From positions 226 through 64,225 of the forward strand of contig JAPPKM010000071.1 of assembly GCA_028874315.1 (NCBI GenBank): a DNA stretch of 64,000 nucleotides, written 5' to 3'. A model generated the notes under the pieces. It was given only the letters and a program-made list of their open reading frames with translations, did not search any database and was not told the origin of the DNA. The position numbers and the translations under genes are program-made. Source of the stretch: Chloroflexota bacterium. Lineage in GTDB: Bacteria; Chloroflexota; UBA11872. Position 1 is the stretch's first letter. The number at the start of each line of letters is the position of its first letter. Shown in pieces: positions 19,034-29,437 of this stretch.

Positions 19034-20453
19034 CATGCGCCCAAGCGAGGCGGCGCATCTGGCGCGTGAGGCATTGGCGCGCGGTGACTCGGCGCAGGCC
19101 GGTGCAATCGCGGAACGACTGCTTGCCGAGTTTGCAAGCTACCCGCCCGCGCGGCTGGTGCGCGCACTGCTTGCCGAACAGGCGAACGATTCCGATTCCG
19201 CGCTCGATGACCTGCGCGCCGTCACGTCGGTTGAGCCGACAAATGCCGAGGCGCGCGCCGCGCAAGCACGACTGTTTCAGCGCCGAGGCGATACCGACCG
19301 CGCCCGCATGGCCGCGCGACAGGCGGTGGAACTCGTTCCCACCGACCCCGAGGTGCTTGCGACTGCCCTGGAGATCCTGAATGTCGAGGCCGATTCGCTG
19401 GAGACTAGCGCCGCGGTCTTAGCGCGCGTGCATCTCAATTGCGGCTGGCCCGATCTGGCCGAGCGCCACGCCCGTGCAGCCGTGACCGAGAGCCCGGAGC
19501 GTGTCGATGTTCGTCTTACGTTGGCCGAAGCGCTGTGGCGGCTCGGACGGCTTCCCGCCTGCGAGGCCGAGTGCCGTGTCGTGGCCGACCAGGCTGAGGA
19601 ATGCGTCCGCGCCGCCGTCATGCGTGCCCACATTCTCTCCGAGCGCGGGCGCACGGCCGAGGGCCAGGAGCTTCTGGACCGAATTGGGCGGATCGACCCC
19701 GAGTTTCGAGAAGCACGGGAACTCCTGGGCACCCTGGAAGTCCACCGCCTCGTGTTGCCCGGGGCGGTTGAGGTCTCCCTGCCTCCAGAAATTCTTCGGC
19801 AGTCGAATGGGAGCGACAATCCATCTGCCGAATCGCCGCCAGCTGGCGGAGCTGACTCGTCGGCAGCACCTGCCGCCGAGCCCACGCCGGCGAACGTCGA
19901 GCGGGAGCGATTGGCCGAGTTTTCCGGCGAATCAGCGGACCAGACGCTGCCGCCGCCAACCGACCGAGACCTCCCGGAATCCGAAGTCTCCGACGATGCG
20001 GACGCAAGCTCGCCGAGTGCGGGAGACGACGCCCCTGTTGCACCCGAGCCGTTGCGGCGCGACGATAGTGCGGGGCCACAGGAATCACCGGACGTGGGCG
20101 AGCCGTCCGCGGATGCGGCCCCACGTACTGCCGAAGATGCGACGGCAGATTCGGTTGCTGCGGACGATGAACCCACCGCAGGTGCATCCTTCTCGACATT
20201 CGACTGGGCACGACACCTGATCGAGCAGTCGGAATGGACGGAAGCGGTACGCGTGCTAACCGATATCGTCGCGGCTAACGATCCCGACGAGGCGCGCGTT
20301 GACGGATTGTTATTGGAAGCCGTGGCTCATCGCGAACTCCGCGGATCGGCCTGGAAACTGTTGGGCGACCATTACATGCAGACGGGGCGACCACAGGCTG
20401 CCGCGGACGCCTATCTACGGGCGGCGAATGTCGCAGGACGATCGACTGGATAA
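19023..20453 (+). CDS. TPR-like repeat protein with acidic/proline-rich low-complexity middle
   Basis: Helical Ala/Leu/Arg-rich repeats at both ends and a D/E/P/S-rich central region. Overlaps the M16 stop. Confidence 0.55.
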   Translation: MLADMRPSEAAHLAREALARGDSAQAGAIAERLLAEFASYPPARLVRALLAEQANDSDSALDDLRAVTSVEPTNAEARAAQARLFQRRGDTDRARMAARQAVELVPTDPEVLATALEILNVEADSLETSAAVLARVHLNCGWPDLAERHARAAVTESPERVDVRLTLAEALWRLGRLPACEAECRVVADQAEECVRAAVMRAHILSERGRTAEGQELLDRIGRIDPEFREARELLGTLEVHRLVLPGAVEVSLPPEILRQSNGSDNPSAESPPAGGADSSAAPAAEPTPANVERERLAEFSGESADQTLPPPTDRDLPESEVSDDADASSPSAGDDAPVAPEPLRRDDSAGPQESPDVGEPSADAAPRTAEDATADSVAADDEPTAGASFSTFDWARHLIEQSEWTEAVRVLTDIVAANDPDEARVDGLLLEAVAHRELRGSAWKLLGDHYMQTGRPQAAADAYLRAANVAGRSTG

Positions 20454-20797
20454 TGCGCGCGTTAGATCTTCACGAGGCAATGCGGCGCCTGCCCGATATC
20501 ACTGGCGCCGCGGTCTGGCGAATTGGCGAGATTCCAACGGGCGACCTCGGAGGACGTGGCGGACCTGTCGGCCCGGGACTGCTTTCGGCAAGCATCGGGA
20601 CGATGGAGCAGGCCGTTGAAACGATGGGGCTGGGGCAGATTGCGGAGATCTGGTTCGTGACGCAGGACACTCAATGCCTGGCGCTGCGCTCGGGACATTG
20701 GCAAGCCGTGGTGGTTGGCGGCCTCGAAATGGATGTGGACGATATTCGCGACAGGTTGACCGGCCTGCTCGCGGACGACGATGAGCCTGGCGCCTGA
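20453..20797 (+). CDS. Hypothetical protein (size and pattern compatible with roadblock/LC7, unverified)
   Basis: 114-aa ORF whose start abuts the TPR gene stop. Confidence 0.4.
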   Translation: MRALDLHEAMRRLPDITGAAVWRIGEIPTGDLGGRGGPVGPGLLSASIGTMEQAVETMGLGQIAEIWFVTQDTQCLALRSGHWQAVVVGGLEMDVDDIRDRLTGLLADDDEPGA

Positions 20798-20825
20798 CGA
20801 TGGGCGTCAACGGGAAGGCAGCCGA

Positions 20826-21281
20826 ATGGAACGAACCCTAGTTTTGCTCAAGCCTGACGCACTGCAGCGCGCGATCGCGATGCAGATTCTTCAGCGGTTC
20901 GAACAGCGCGGGCTGCGGCTCGTTGGGCTGAAGCTGGTGGCCGCGAGCGGTGAGCAGGCGAGCCAGCACTATGCCGAGCACGAGGGGAAGTTCTTCTTTG
21001 ACGGCCTGGTGGCCCACCTGCAGAGCGGTCCGATCGTGGCCGCTGTCCTGGAAGGTCCGGAGGCGATTTCCGTCGTGCGAGCTATGGTCGGGAGCACGCG
21101 CCCGCATGAGGCCTCGGCCGGCACGATTCGCGGCGACCTGGCGTTGGCCGGCTTGCGAAACCTCGTACACGCCTCGGACGCCCCGGAGACCGCGGCGCGC
21201 GAAATCGCCCACTGGTTTTCTCCGGACGAGGTGCTGGAATACGACCGGCCGCTTGATCAGTGGGTTTATGAGTCGGACTAA
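20826..21281 (+). CDS. ndk: Nucleoside diphosphate kinase
   Basis: ATG at 20826 (MERTLVLLKPDA). Active-site 'NLVHASDA'. Confidence 0.9.
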   Translation: MERTLVLLKPDALQRAIAMQILQRFEQRGLRLVGLKLVAASGEQASQHYAEHEGKFFFDGLVAHLQSGPIVAAVLEGPEAISVVRAMVGSTRPHEASAGTIRGDLALAGLRNLVHASDAPETAAREIAHWFSPDEVLEYDRPLDQWVYESD

Positions 21282-21287
21282 GCGCGC

Positions 21288-22418
21288 ATGAAGGTTCACG
21301 AATCTGACGCCCGCGCCATCTTCCGGCGTCACGGGCTGCCTGTGCCCGAATCGTGCCTGGCCTCGACGGCTGACGAGGCAGCTCAGGCTGCCAGGGCCTT
21401 TGGCGGCCTCGTGGTGATCAAGGCCCAGGTGCTGGCCGGCGGACGCGGAAAGGCCGGCGGCGTGAAGCTGGCCGGTTCACCAGAGGAAGCCGGAACGGCA
21501 GCGACACGGATCCTCGCGCTGAATATCGGCGGAGAGCCCGTGCGGCGGCTGCTCGTTGCGCCAGCCGTGGAGATTGCGCGCGAAATGTACCTGGGTGTTT
21601 TGATCGATCGGACCGCCCAGTCGCTCGTCATGATGGCCAGCGCCGAAGGCGGCGTCGACATTGAGGAAGTGGCGGCAACGAACCCGTCGGCGATTCTCCG
21701 CGCCAGCGTCGATCCCCTGGCTGGACTGCCCGACTGGCAAGCCCGGGAGCTTGGTTTCGCGCTTGGTCTTACGGGCTCGCAGGTCCGCCAGTTCGTGCGC
21801 GTGGCACAGGGGCTTGTCGAGGCCTTTGTCGACGTCGACGCGTCGCTTGCCGAGGTCAATCCGCTCGTCGTGGACGCCGAGGGCAATCTGCAGGCCATCG
21901 ACGCCAAGCTGAACATCGACGACAACGCGCTGGCCCGCCAGCCCGAAATCGAACGGCTACGGGACCCGCACGAGGAAAGCGAGGCCGAGCGACGCGCGCG
22001 CGCTGCCGGACTGAGCTACATCAAGCTGGACGGCACGATTGGCTGCATGGTCAACGGCGCCGGGCTCGCCATGGCCACAATGGACGTGATCAAGCACTAC
22101 GGGGGCGAACCGGCCAACTTCCTGGATGTCGGTGGCGGCGCCGGCGTAGAGAAGATCACGACAGCCTTCGAGATCATTCTGGAAGACCCCAACGTGCGGG
22201 CAGTGTTGGTCAACATTTTTGCCGGCATCACTCGTGCCGACGACGTGGCTATGGGTGTAGTTGCGGCCCGCGCTCGCCTGGCCCAGGACGTTCCACTGGT
22301 GGTTCGGGTAGCCGGGACACGCGAGGCCGAAGCCCTGACACTACTTGAAGAAGCCGGAATCGGGGCCGAGCGATCAATGGACTCGGCTGCCGCCCAGGTC
22401 GTGGAGGCGGCGCGATGA
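21288..22418 (+). CDS. sucC: Succinyl-CoA synthetase beta subunit
   Basis: N-terminal '[20 protein letters not shown]' ATP-grasp start and '[15 protein letters not shown]' block. Overlaps the sucD start. Confidence 0.9.
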   Translation: MKVHESDARAIFRRHGLPVPESCLASTADEAAQAARAFGGLVVIKAQVLAGGRGKAGGVKLAGSPEEAGTAATRILALNIGGEPVRRLLVAPAVEIAREMYLGVLIDRTAQSLVMMASAEGGVDIEEVAATNPSAILRASVDPLAGLPDWQARELGFALGLTGSQVRQFVRVAQGLVEAFVDVDASLAEVNPLVVDAEGNLQAIDAKLNIDDNALARQPEIERLRDPHEESEAERRARAAGLSYIKLDGTIGCMVNGAGLAMATMDVIKHYGGEPANFLDVGGGAGVEKITTAFEIILEDPNVRAVLVNIFAGITRADDVAMGVVAARARLAQDVPLVVRVAGTREAEALTLLEEAGIGAERSMDSAAAQVVEAAR

Positions 22419-23296
22419 GCGTGCTGCTTGACGCGACGACGCGGCTCGTAGTTCAGGGAATGACCGGAAGTCAAGGCTCGTTTCATACGCGCCTCATGCG
22501 CGAGGCCGGCACCCAGGTCGTAGCCGGAGTCACCCCGGGCCGCGGCGGTGTCGCGGTGAATGGGCTGGAGGACATTCCGGTCTTCAACACGGTTGCCGAG
22601 GCGACTCAGGCAACGGATGCCAACGCTGCGTGCATTTTTGTGCCGGCCGCATTCGCCGCGGATGCCATCCTGGAGGATGCGGCCGCGGGCCTGAGCGTCA
22701 TTGTGTGCCTGACCGAGGGGATTCCAGTCCTCGACATGCTGCGAGTGATGCCGCGGGTGCGTGCCGCTGGCGCGCATCTGATTGGGCCGAATTGTCCGGG
22801 CGTCACCACACCGGCCGATGGGGTCAAGGTGGGTGTCATGCCCTGGGCCGTCCACTCGCCCGGGCCCGTGGGCGTGGTGAGCCGCAGCGGAACGCTGACA
22901 TACGAGGTCGTCCAGCACTTGACCGACCTTGGAGCTGGACAGACCACGACCGTTGGGATCGGCGGAGATCCCATCATTGGCACCCGCTTCATCGACGTTC
23001 TGTCAAAGTTTGAGGCGGATCCCCAAACTGATGGAGTAGTCTTGTTAGGTGAAATCGGCGGAGACGACGAAGAGCGGGCGGCAACGTATATTCAAGAGCG
23101 AATGACGAAGCCCGTCACTTCATTCATTGCCGGAAAAACCGCGCCCCCCGAACGTCGGATGGGGCATGCGGGCGCCATCGTGTCAGGCACCTCCGGCAGT
23201 GCGACCGCTAAAGAATCCGCGCTGCGGGCGGCCGGTGTGCTGGTAGGTGAAACGCCGGAGCACGCCGCCCGGTTGTTGGTAGACAGACTGCGCTAG
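22415..23296 (+). CDS. sucD: Succinyl-CoA synthetase alpha subunit
   Basis: 'SRSGTLTYE' block and phosphohistidine loop 'MGHAGAIV'. Confidence 0.9.
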   Translation: MSVLLDATTRLVVQGMTGSQGSFHTRLMREAGTQVVAGVTPGRGGVAVNGLEDIPVFNTVAEATQATDANAACIFVPAAFAADAILEDAAAGLSVIVCLTEGIPVLDMLRVMPRVRAAGAHLIGPNCPGVTTPADGVKVGVMPWAVHSPGPVGVVSRSGTLTYEVVQHLTDLGAGQTTTVGIGGDPIIGTRFIDVLSKFEADPQTDGVVLLGEIGGDDEERAATYIQERMTKPVTSFIAGKTAPPERRMGHAGAIVSGTSGSATAKESALRAAGVLVGETPEHAARLLVDRLR

Positions 23297-23307
23297 GTTA
23301 GGAGAGT

Positions 23308-25266
23308 GTGGCGGCAAGTGATAATGGACTGTCGGGCGAGAGTATTGGAGCGGACTCGGTCGCCGGCGGCGAGCACCCGAAGCGGCCGTTGGCTGGTGAC
23401 GACGTGATGAAAGAAAACGCCCTCTCGTGGATGATTGGCGGCCCGGCCCTCACGGGCGGCGTTAACCGTTCGGCCGAACTCTTCGCCAAGGCCTGCGCCA
23501 GAGCCGGCCTCTACGTGTTCTCGAACGTTGAGTACCACTCCAACATCATGGGCCGCCACATTTCCTACCGGGTTCGAACCAGCGACGTGCCGGTCCATTC
23601 CCATGTGGAACACGTCGACTTGCTGCTGGCCCTGGACGCGGAGACCTTGTTCGGTACGCCCGAGTACCAGGACTACCAGCGGCATGGCGGGCATTTGCAC
23701 CGTCTGGCACCCGACGGCGTCGTGGTGCTCGATTCACAGGCCAAGATTGACCATTCCGCGATCGAGCGGGACGACATTCACGTCGTTGCCCTTGCCTACG
23801 ACGACCTGGTACGGGAGTCAGTCGAGGAATTGGGCGTGGTCTACAACGCCCGCCGGCACAGCGTGATGCGAAACATGGTGCCAATTGGCGCCAGTTGCGC
23901 CCTGCTGGACTTTGACATCAATCACGTCGTGTCCCTGGTCGCCGAAGTGCTTCCCGCCCACCGGCAGGACATGGTTGAGATGAACCGCCATGTGCTGCTG
24001 CACGCCGCGGACCAGGCACGGCGCGCTTACGCGAAGGAAGAGTTTCACGTCACGCTACGGCCGCGTCCTGAGCGCAACGGTCACATGTTGATCAAGGGCG
24101 TGGACGCCGTCGGGATCGCGAAGATCCACGCCGGTTGCGGGTTCCAGACGTACTACCCAATTGCCCCCGCGTCGGACGAGAGCGTAATGCTGGAGCGACA
24201 CCAAACGACCTATCCAATCGTGGTGCTCCAGGCCGAGGACGAAGTCGCGTCGATGAATATGGCCGTGGGTGCTGCTCACGCCGGAGTTCGCGCGGCCACG
24301 TCCACTGCGGGGCCTGGTTTCAGCCTCATGGCTGAGGGCCTGGGCTTCGCCTCGATAACCGAGGCTCCGGGTCCCGTTGTCGTCCTCTGGCAGCGCGGCG
24401 GGCCCAGCACGGGTCTGCCCACGCGGCAGTCGCAGCAGGATTTACGCTTCGCGCTGCAGCCGGCCCACGGCGAGTTTCCTCACATCGTGGTTGCCCCCGG
24501 CGACGCGCGCGAAGCGGCGCGGATTACACACATGGCCTTCAATTGGGGTGACCATTACCAGATTCCGGTCGTCGTCCTTGCCGATAAGTTCATCGCAAAC
24601 TCGCTCGTCACCCTGGACGATCTCGGGCTCGATGACCTTCCAATTGACCGCGGCGAGTATTGGACCCTGGAGATGAACGGATCGGAGCCCTACCGGCGGC
24701 ACCGGCTGACCGAGTCCGGCATCAGCCCACGCGCGGTGTTCGGCACACCCGGCGGACAGTTTGTCACCACGAGCGACGAACACACGGAGCGCGGCCGAAT
24801 CGACGAGCAGGTCGAAAACCGCATCGCGCAGATGGACAAGCGCATGCAAAAGCTCGATTTGGCTTCCAGCGAGATTCCCGACGAGTGGCAGTACGACTTC
24901 GTCGGTCCGGATGACGCTGACGTCACGATTGTCGGCTGGGGCTCGACGCGCGGACCCATCACCGACGCCCTGCCGGTGCTGGAATCCGACCATGGCATCT
25001 CCGCCAACTTCCTGCAGATTCGGCTTCTTCGGCCGTTCCCCACCACGGTTGTGCACGAGAAGCTGAGTCGCGCCCGGCGAGTGGTCCTGGTGGAAGACAA
25101 CTACATGGGCCAGTTGGGCTTGCTCATCGCGGAACAGACCGGAATCAAGCTCGAACGAATGGCACTGAAGTATGACGGGCGCCCGTTTTCGCAGGACGAA
25201 GTCGTTGAAGCCGTGTGCGAGCATCACGCGGCCGACATTGGTCGGCTCGTGCTCTCACATCCGTAG
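23308..25266 (+). CDS. korA: 2-oxoacid:ferredoxin oxidoreductase alpha subunit (2-oxoglutarate type by context)
   Basis: 652-aa ORF with typical fused gamma/alpha architecture, next to sucCD and the beta subunit. The start is uncertain (GTG 23308 or ATG 23407). Confidence 0.75.
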   Translation: MAASDNGLSGESIGADSVAGGEHPKRPLAGDDVMKENALSWMIGGPALTGGVNRSAELFAKACARAGLYVFSNVEYHSNIMGRHISYRVRTSDVPVHSHVEHVDLLLALDAETLFGTPEYQDYQRHGGHLHRLAPDGVVVLDSQAKIDHSAIERDDIHVVALAYDDLVRESVEELGVVYNARRHSVMRNMVPIGASCALLDFDINHVVSLVAEVLPAHRQDMVEMNRHVLLHAADQARRAYAKEEFHVTLRPRPERNGHMLIKGVDAVGIAKIHAGCGFQTYYPIAPASDESVMLERHQTTYPIVVLQAEDEVASMNMAVGAAHAGVRAATSTAGPGFSLMAEGLGFASITEAPGPVVVLWQRGGPSTGLPTRQSQQDLRFALQPAHGEFPHIVVAPGDAREAARITHMAFNWGDHYQIPVVVLADKFIANSLVTLDDLGLDDLPIDRGEYWTLEMNGSEPYRRHRLTESGISPRAVFGTPGGQFVTTSDEHTERGRIDEQVENRIAQMDKRMQKLDLASSEIPDEWQYDFVGPDDADVTIVGWGSTRGPITDALPVLESDHGISANFLQIRLLRPFPTTVVHEKLSRARRVVLVEDNYMGQLGLLIAEQTGIKLERMALKYDGRPFSQDEVVEAVCEHHAADIGRLVLSHP

Positions 25267-25283
25267 GAAGGACATGGAACGAC

Positions 25284-26231
25284 GTGGTAGTCGCTGACAC
25301 CGAACGAATAACGGCCAAGACCTTCGGGGTTGAGGACTCGCATCCGGACTGGTGCGGCGGCTGCGGCGACTTTGGGATCCTCAGTGCTGTCAAGCAAGCG
25401 CTGGCCACGCTTGGTCGTCCACCGCACGAGGTTGCGGTGATCTCGGGCATCGGTTGCGCCGGCAAGCTCCCGCATTACATCAACTCCTATGGCCTCCACA
25501 CGCTCCACGGTCGGGCCCTCAACGTGGCCACCGGCGTCAAGCTGGCCAATCAGAACCTGGAAGTTCTTGTGGCCGGTGGAGACGGCGACGGTTATGGCAT
25601 TGGCGCGGGCTACTTAGTCAACTCTGGTCGCCGCAACCTGAACATCGCCTATCTCGTCCACAACAACGGCGTCTACGGCCTCACGAAGGGCCAGGCTGCT
25701 CCCACAATGCGCCGCGGCCAAAAGACCAAGGGCATGGCGGAAGCGGCTATCCAGGAAAGCGTCAACCCGATCGGTCTGGCGATCGCCTCGGGTTACACCT
25801 TCATTGCGCGTGGCTACGCGATGGCGCAACGGGACCTTGTGAGCCTGATCGTGCAGGCAGTCCGGCATCGGGGAACCGCGCTCATTGACATCCTGCAGCC
25901 CTGCCCGATCTACAACGACCTGATGACCATCGATTTCTTCCGCGGCCGGGACGTCGGCCACAACCGGATATATCGGCTCGAGGACGAAGGATTCGACGGG
26001 CGTGTGCATGACCCGAGCAATCCTGACGAAATCGTGGCGAAGCAGCAGGCCGCGATCGCCAAGTCGTTCGAATGGGGTGACCGGATCCCGACAGGAGTGC
26101 TCTACCAGGTTGCCGCCCCGACCTACGAAGATGAACTCGCCGGCCGTTTGCCCGAACTGGGCACCAATAGCCTGTTGGACCTGGCGACGCCCGGTCAGGA
26201 CATTTCTCGGCTTGAGGACGCCTACCGCTAG
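25284..26231 (+). CDS. korB: 2-oxoacid:ferredoxin oxidoreductase beta subunit (TPP-binding)
   Basis: 'HPDWCGGCGDFGIL' and 'GGDGDGYGIG' TPP-binding blocks. ORF 25215..26231. GTG at 25284 follows GGAAGGA after the korA stop, but the start is approximate. Confidence 0.8.
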   Translation: MVVADTERITAKTFGVEDSHPDWCGGCGDFGILSAVKQALATLGRPPHEVAVISGIGCAGKLPHYINSYGLHTLHGRALNVATGVKLANQNLEVLVAGGDGDGYGIGAGYLVNSGRRNLNIAYLVHNNGVYGLTKGQAAPTMRRGQKTKGMAEAAIQESVNPIGLAIASGYTFIARGYAMAQRDLVSLIVQAVRHRGTALIDILQPCPIYNDLMTIDFFRGRDVGHNRIYRLEDEGFDGRVHDPSNPDEIVAKQQAAIAKSFEWGDRIPTGVLYQVAAPTYEDELAGRLPELGTNSLLDLATPGQDISRLEDAYR

Positions 26232-26333
26232 AGCGCGGCCGTCAACTCCCCTGGAAATAACGGGTTCGTAGGTAGCGACCGGCTAGCGTGGGGCGGACCG
26301 TGGTGGGCTGGAACCTGTGCCAGACTCGCTCGA

Positions 26334-26407
26334 GCCCCCGTAGCTCAGTGGACCAGAGCGACGGCCTTCTAAGCCGTGGGTCGCAGGTTCGAATCCTGCC
26401 GGGGGTG
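26334..26407 (+). tRNA. tRNA-Arg (anticodon TCT)
   Basis: Cloverleaf read by eye. Acceptor GCCCCCG/CGGGGGT (G1-U72 pair), D-arm GCTCAGTGGA..GAGC, anticodon stem ACGGC/GCCGT with loop CTTCTAA, T-arm GCAGG-TTCGAAT-CCTGC. CCA is not encoded. Confidence 0.85.
26366..26405 (+). repeat. attL core: tRNA-Arg 3' half (40 bp), identical to 52967..53006
   Basis: cttctaagccgtgggtcgcaggttcgaatcctgccggggg occurs at both positions. Five of the next six bases also match. Confidence 0.9.
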
Positions 26408-26609
26408 CCGCCACCTTGAGGCGCAGCCCGACCCGAACCTGTTAGCGGACGTGTCGGCCGAGGTCACCGGCCGCGCCCCCAGGGTGGATTCCATGCGAAG
26501 TGACCTACGGCCTGTATCGCGCCTCGACCCGACGGTGCCCGGACACGCACCGGACCTGCAGCGGACAGACGCTCGACCGCTCGAGCTCGCGGTCCCCATT
26601 CTCGGGCCC

Positions 26610-27569
26610 ATGCACATGGCCCAGGCGCCCCTCCCCAGCCCGCCGCTGGTCGATCTGGCGGAGTCGTACCTGCTGCATCTGCAGGCTTCGCGCCGCAGCG
26701 CCGGCACCATCGTCATGTACACGCGCATCCTGGGCCGGTTCGAGCGGTTCCTGGCCGCGTATCACGGCTCCGCGCCGAGCGCCGACGCGCTCACCCGCGA
26801 GGCCGCGCGGCGCTATCTGGTGCACCTGCAACAGCAGCCGCGCTACGTCGACATGCCGGACCGCCGCGGCGGGCGCCTGGCCCCCGCCACCCTCAACCAG
26901 CACGCGCGGGCGCTACGCGCGTTCGCCCGCTGGCTCTGGGACGAGGGCTTCACGGCCGAGCACCGGCTGGATCGGCTGCGCATGCCCAAGGTGCCGCTGA
27001 GCGACATCGAGCCGCTGACGCCGGCCGAGGTGGAACGGCTGCTGGCGGTCTTCGACCCGCGCAAGGCCTACGACCGGCGCACGGCGGCGATGGTGGGCCT
27101 GCTGGTGGACACCGGCATGCGGACGGGTGAACTCGCCGCCCTGCGCACCGCCGAAGTGAATCTCCACATCGGCGAGCTGCGCGTGGTGGGCAAGGGCGAG
27201 AAGGCGCGCGTGGTGGTGGCCGGACGGCGGGCGCTGAGCCTGCTGCGGCGCTACCTGCATCACCGCCCGCCCGGTCTGGGCCAGGCCAGCGACCGGCTGT
27301 TCGTGACGACGTCGGGCCGGGCGCTGGACCCGAACCAGATCGGGCACATCGTGCGGCGCCTGCGGCGGCGCAGCGGCATCCCGCGGCTCTACGCGCATTT
27401 GCTGCGGCACACCTTCGCGGTGCACTTCCTGCGCAACGGCGGCAACCCGCTGACGCTGCAACGGCTGCTGGGGCATGCGTCGCTCGCAACCACCAATCGC
27501 TACGTGACGCTGGCCACCGGCGACCTGGTGGCGGCCCATCGCCAGAGCAGTCCCCTCGACAATCTGTAG
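26610..27569 (+). CDS. Tyrosine recombinase / phage-type integrase
   Basis: ORF 26376..27569 starts inside the tRNA, so an internal start is more likely (ATG 26610/26616, or 26493). Catalytic blocks 'TGMRTGELAAL', 'AHLLRHTFA' and 'LLGHASLATTNRY'. Confidence 0.85.
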   Translation: MHMAQAPLPSPPLVDLAESYLLHLQASRRSAGTIVMYTRILGRFERFLAAYHGSAPSADALTREAARRYLVHLQQQPRYVDMPDRRGGRLAPATLNQHARALRAFARWLWDEGFTAEHRLDRLRMPKVPLSDIEPLTPAEVERLLAVFDPRKAYDRRTAAMVGLLVDTGMRTGELAALRTAEVNLHIGELRVVGKGEKARVVVAGRRALSLLRRYLHHRPPGLGQASDRLFVTTSGRALDPNQIGHIVRRLRRRSGIPRLYAHLLRHTFAVHFLRNGGNPLTLQRLLGHASLATTNRYVTLATGDLVAAHRQSSPLDNL

Positions 27570-28513
27570 CGGAGGGCCGGGCGGCCGGCGGCTCGCGGCG
27601 CGTGTCGTCCGGCAGGGGTCAGTTGCCGGGCCGTGCGGCGGATGCTTCGCCAGCCCCTGCGTCGGCCGGGAGCCGATGCCACGGCGATGAGGCGGCGCTC
27701 TCGGGCCGGTTGGCTTCAAGGGGCCGCCTGCCGCGCCGTCCCGGTGCGCCGATATCGATGGAGCTACGCATCGCCCGCGGGGTCGCCGGCGCCAGACACG
27801 CATCGGCTCGCATGGTCCGTCGTGCCGGCCGCTCATCGACGGGCGCGGGTCTGGTCATCGACGCTCGTGCACCTGGACCGAAAAGCTGGGCGCGGGGTCG
27901 CAGGGCACGTCGATCTCGTGCGCGGGAGGCCTGTGACACTCCCCGGCATCATGCGCAGCAGCCAAGGCTTCGCCGCGCCGAGCGATCCATCCGGGCCGAG
28001 TCCGACGGTTGCCCGACCGGCCACGCCCTCCGGCTCGACCGGACGCCGACCGGACACAAGCTCGACCGGCGAGTCAGCCGTGGGGATCCTTGCGGCCATG
28101 GTCGGCAATCTGCAATTGGCCACCACCCGGCTCGCGGCCGCTCGCGGACCGGCTCGACCCGGCGAGACGTCCGGATCACCCTCCGCCGACTCGACCTGCC
28201 CAGGTCTTCCCCATGCGCAGCGTCGCATGGCCACGGTCCGCCCTGAGATTCCCCATCGCTCGCGGCCTCCGCCACGCCGTGGCGACACCCCCTTCGCATG
28301 CGGCACCGCCAACCCCCGCGCTGACGCCTACGTCTGGCGGGACCGGCCGTCGCCTCACGCTGCGCGTCCGGTCCAGCGACTGCTCTTCGAGAGGAGTCCT
28401 CCGCCGAGCCGCCCGGCCTCCCGAATTCCTGGGGATGCGCATCGCCCAACGTTAGACCCGGGTCCGTTTCTCCTGCAGATCTCCACACCCTTGGTCTAAC
28501 TCCCTGCTGCCCC

Positions 28514-29419
28514 GTGCACGCCCAGCGCCCCCTTACCCGCCAACACTCGGTCCTGCGGATGCTCTATCTCCATCGGTATCTTGCGGTCGACCAGATCGCC
28601 ACCCTCGTCTTTGCCACCGCCAGCCGCCGCGCCTGCCAGGCGTGCTGCACCACCCTCCATCGCAAGGGCTTCGTTCACCGCTTCGAACTCGCTCGAGGTG
28701 GCTTAGGTGGAGGTCGATCCAGTTACGTCTATGCGTTAGCCCCTGCAGGCGCCCAGGTCCTGGCCCAGGCTGACAACATCCCTGTCGTGGACATCCCCGT
28801 CGATCCCGATGCTCCCACCGCTCAGTCGGTCTTCGTCCATCACCAGCTCGCCGCCAATCGCTGTCTCGTCGCCGTCACCCGCGCTATACGGCAGCGTCCG
28901 CGTATTCGACTCTGTCAGTGGATCTCCGATCCCCACAGTCGGCTGCGCTACCGGCCCGACGGCGCCCGCTCCTGGCGCAGCGTCCATCCCGACGTGATCG
29001 CCATGCTGCGGGATGCGGACTTCGACCACTGGACCTTCCTTGAGATCGACCGCGGCACGCAGCCGCTGGCCCGCTATGTCGCGAAGATCCGCCGCTATGC
29101 GCGCTTCCAGCGCTCCAAGGCCTGGATGTCGCACTACCCGGTGTTCCCGGCCCTGCGGGTGGTGAGCGTGTCGGCGCGGCGGGCGGCAGGCATGGCCGAG
29201 TTGGCGGCGGATGTGATCGACCAGGTCGACTACGACGTGTATTGGGCTCGGCGCCCCAGCGTGTACGTGGCGGCGACTGCCGAGCCTGAACTCCTGGCCG
29301 ACCCGTTCGGCGAGATCTGGCGACCGGCTGCCGGCCCCCGCGATGCCCGCCACGCCTGGCTCCACGAGGGGCCTTCGGCTCCGGCACCGATGGAATCGGC
29401 CGGAGCCGGCGGCACCTGA
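28514..29419 (+). CDS. Replication-relaxation family protein (mobile-element associated)
   Basis: N-terminal winged-helix-like 'LTRQHSVLRMLYLHRYLAVDQIATLVF...LHRKGFVHRF' and 'YVYALAPAGAQVL' match the pattern I associate with this family. Confidence 0.55.
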   Translation: MHAQRPLTRQHSVLRMLYLHRYLAVDQIATLVFATASRRACQACCTTLHRKGFVHRFELARGGLGGGRSSYVYALAPAGAQVLAQADNIPVVDIPVDPDAPTAQSVFVHHQLAANRCLVAVTRAIRQRPRIRLCQWISDPHSRLRYRPDGARSWRSVHPDVIAMLRDADFDHWTFLEIDRGTQPLARYVAKIRRYARFQRSKAWMSHYPVFPALRVVSVSARRAAGMAELAADVIDQVDYDVYWARRPSVYVAATAEPELLADPFGEIWRPAAGPRDARHAWLHEGPSAPAPMESAGAGGT

Positions 29420-29437
29420 AGCCGCGCCGGTCCCGAG

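Noticed and set aside
26376-26609. 5' extension of the integrase ORF into the tRNA gene
   Set aside because: The ORF-track start lies inside tRNA-Arg, and the first ~78 codons have no integrase-like sequence. An internal start (26493/26610/26616) is more plausible.
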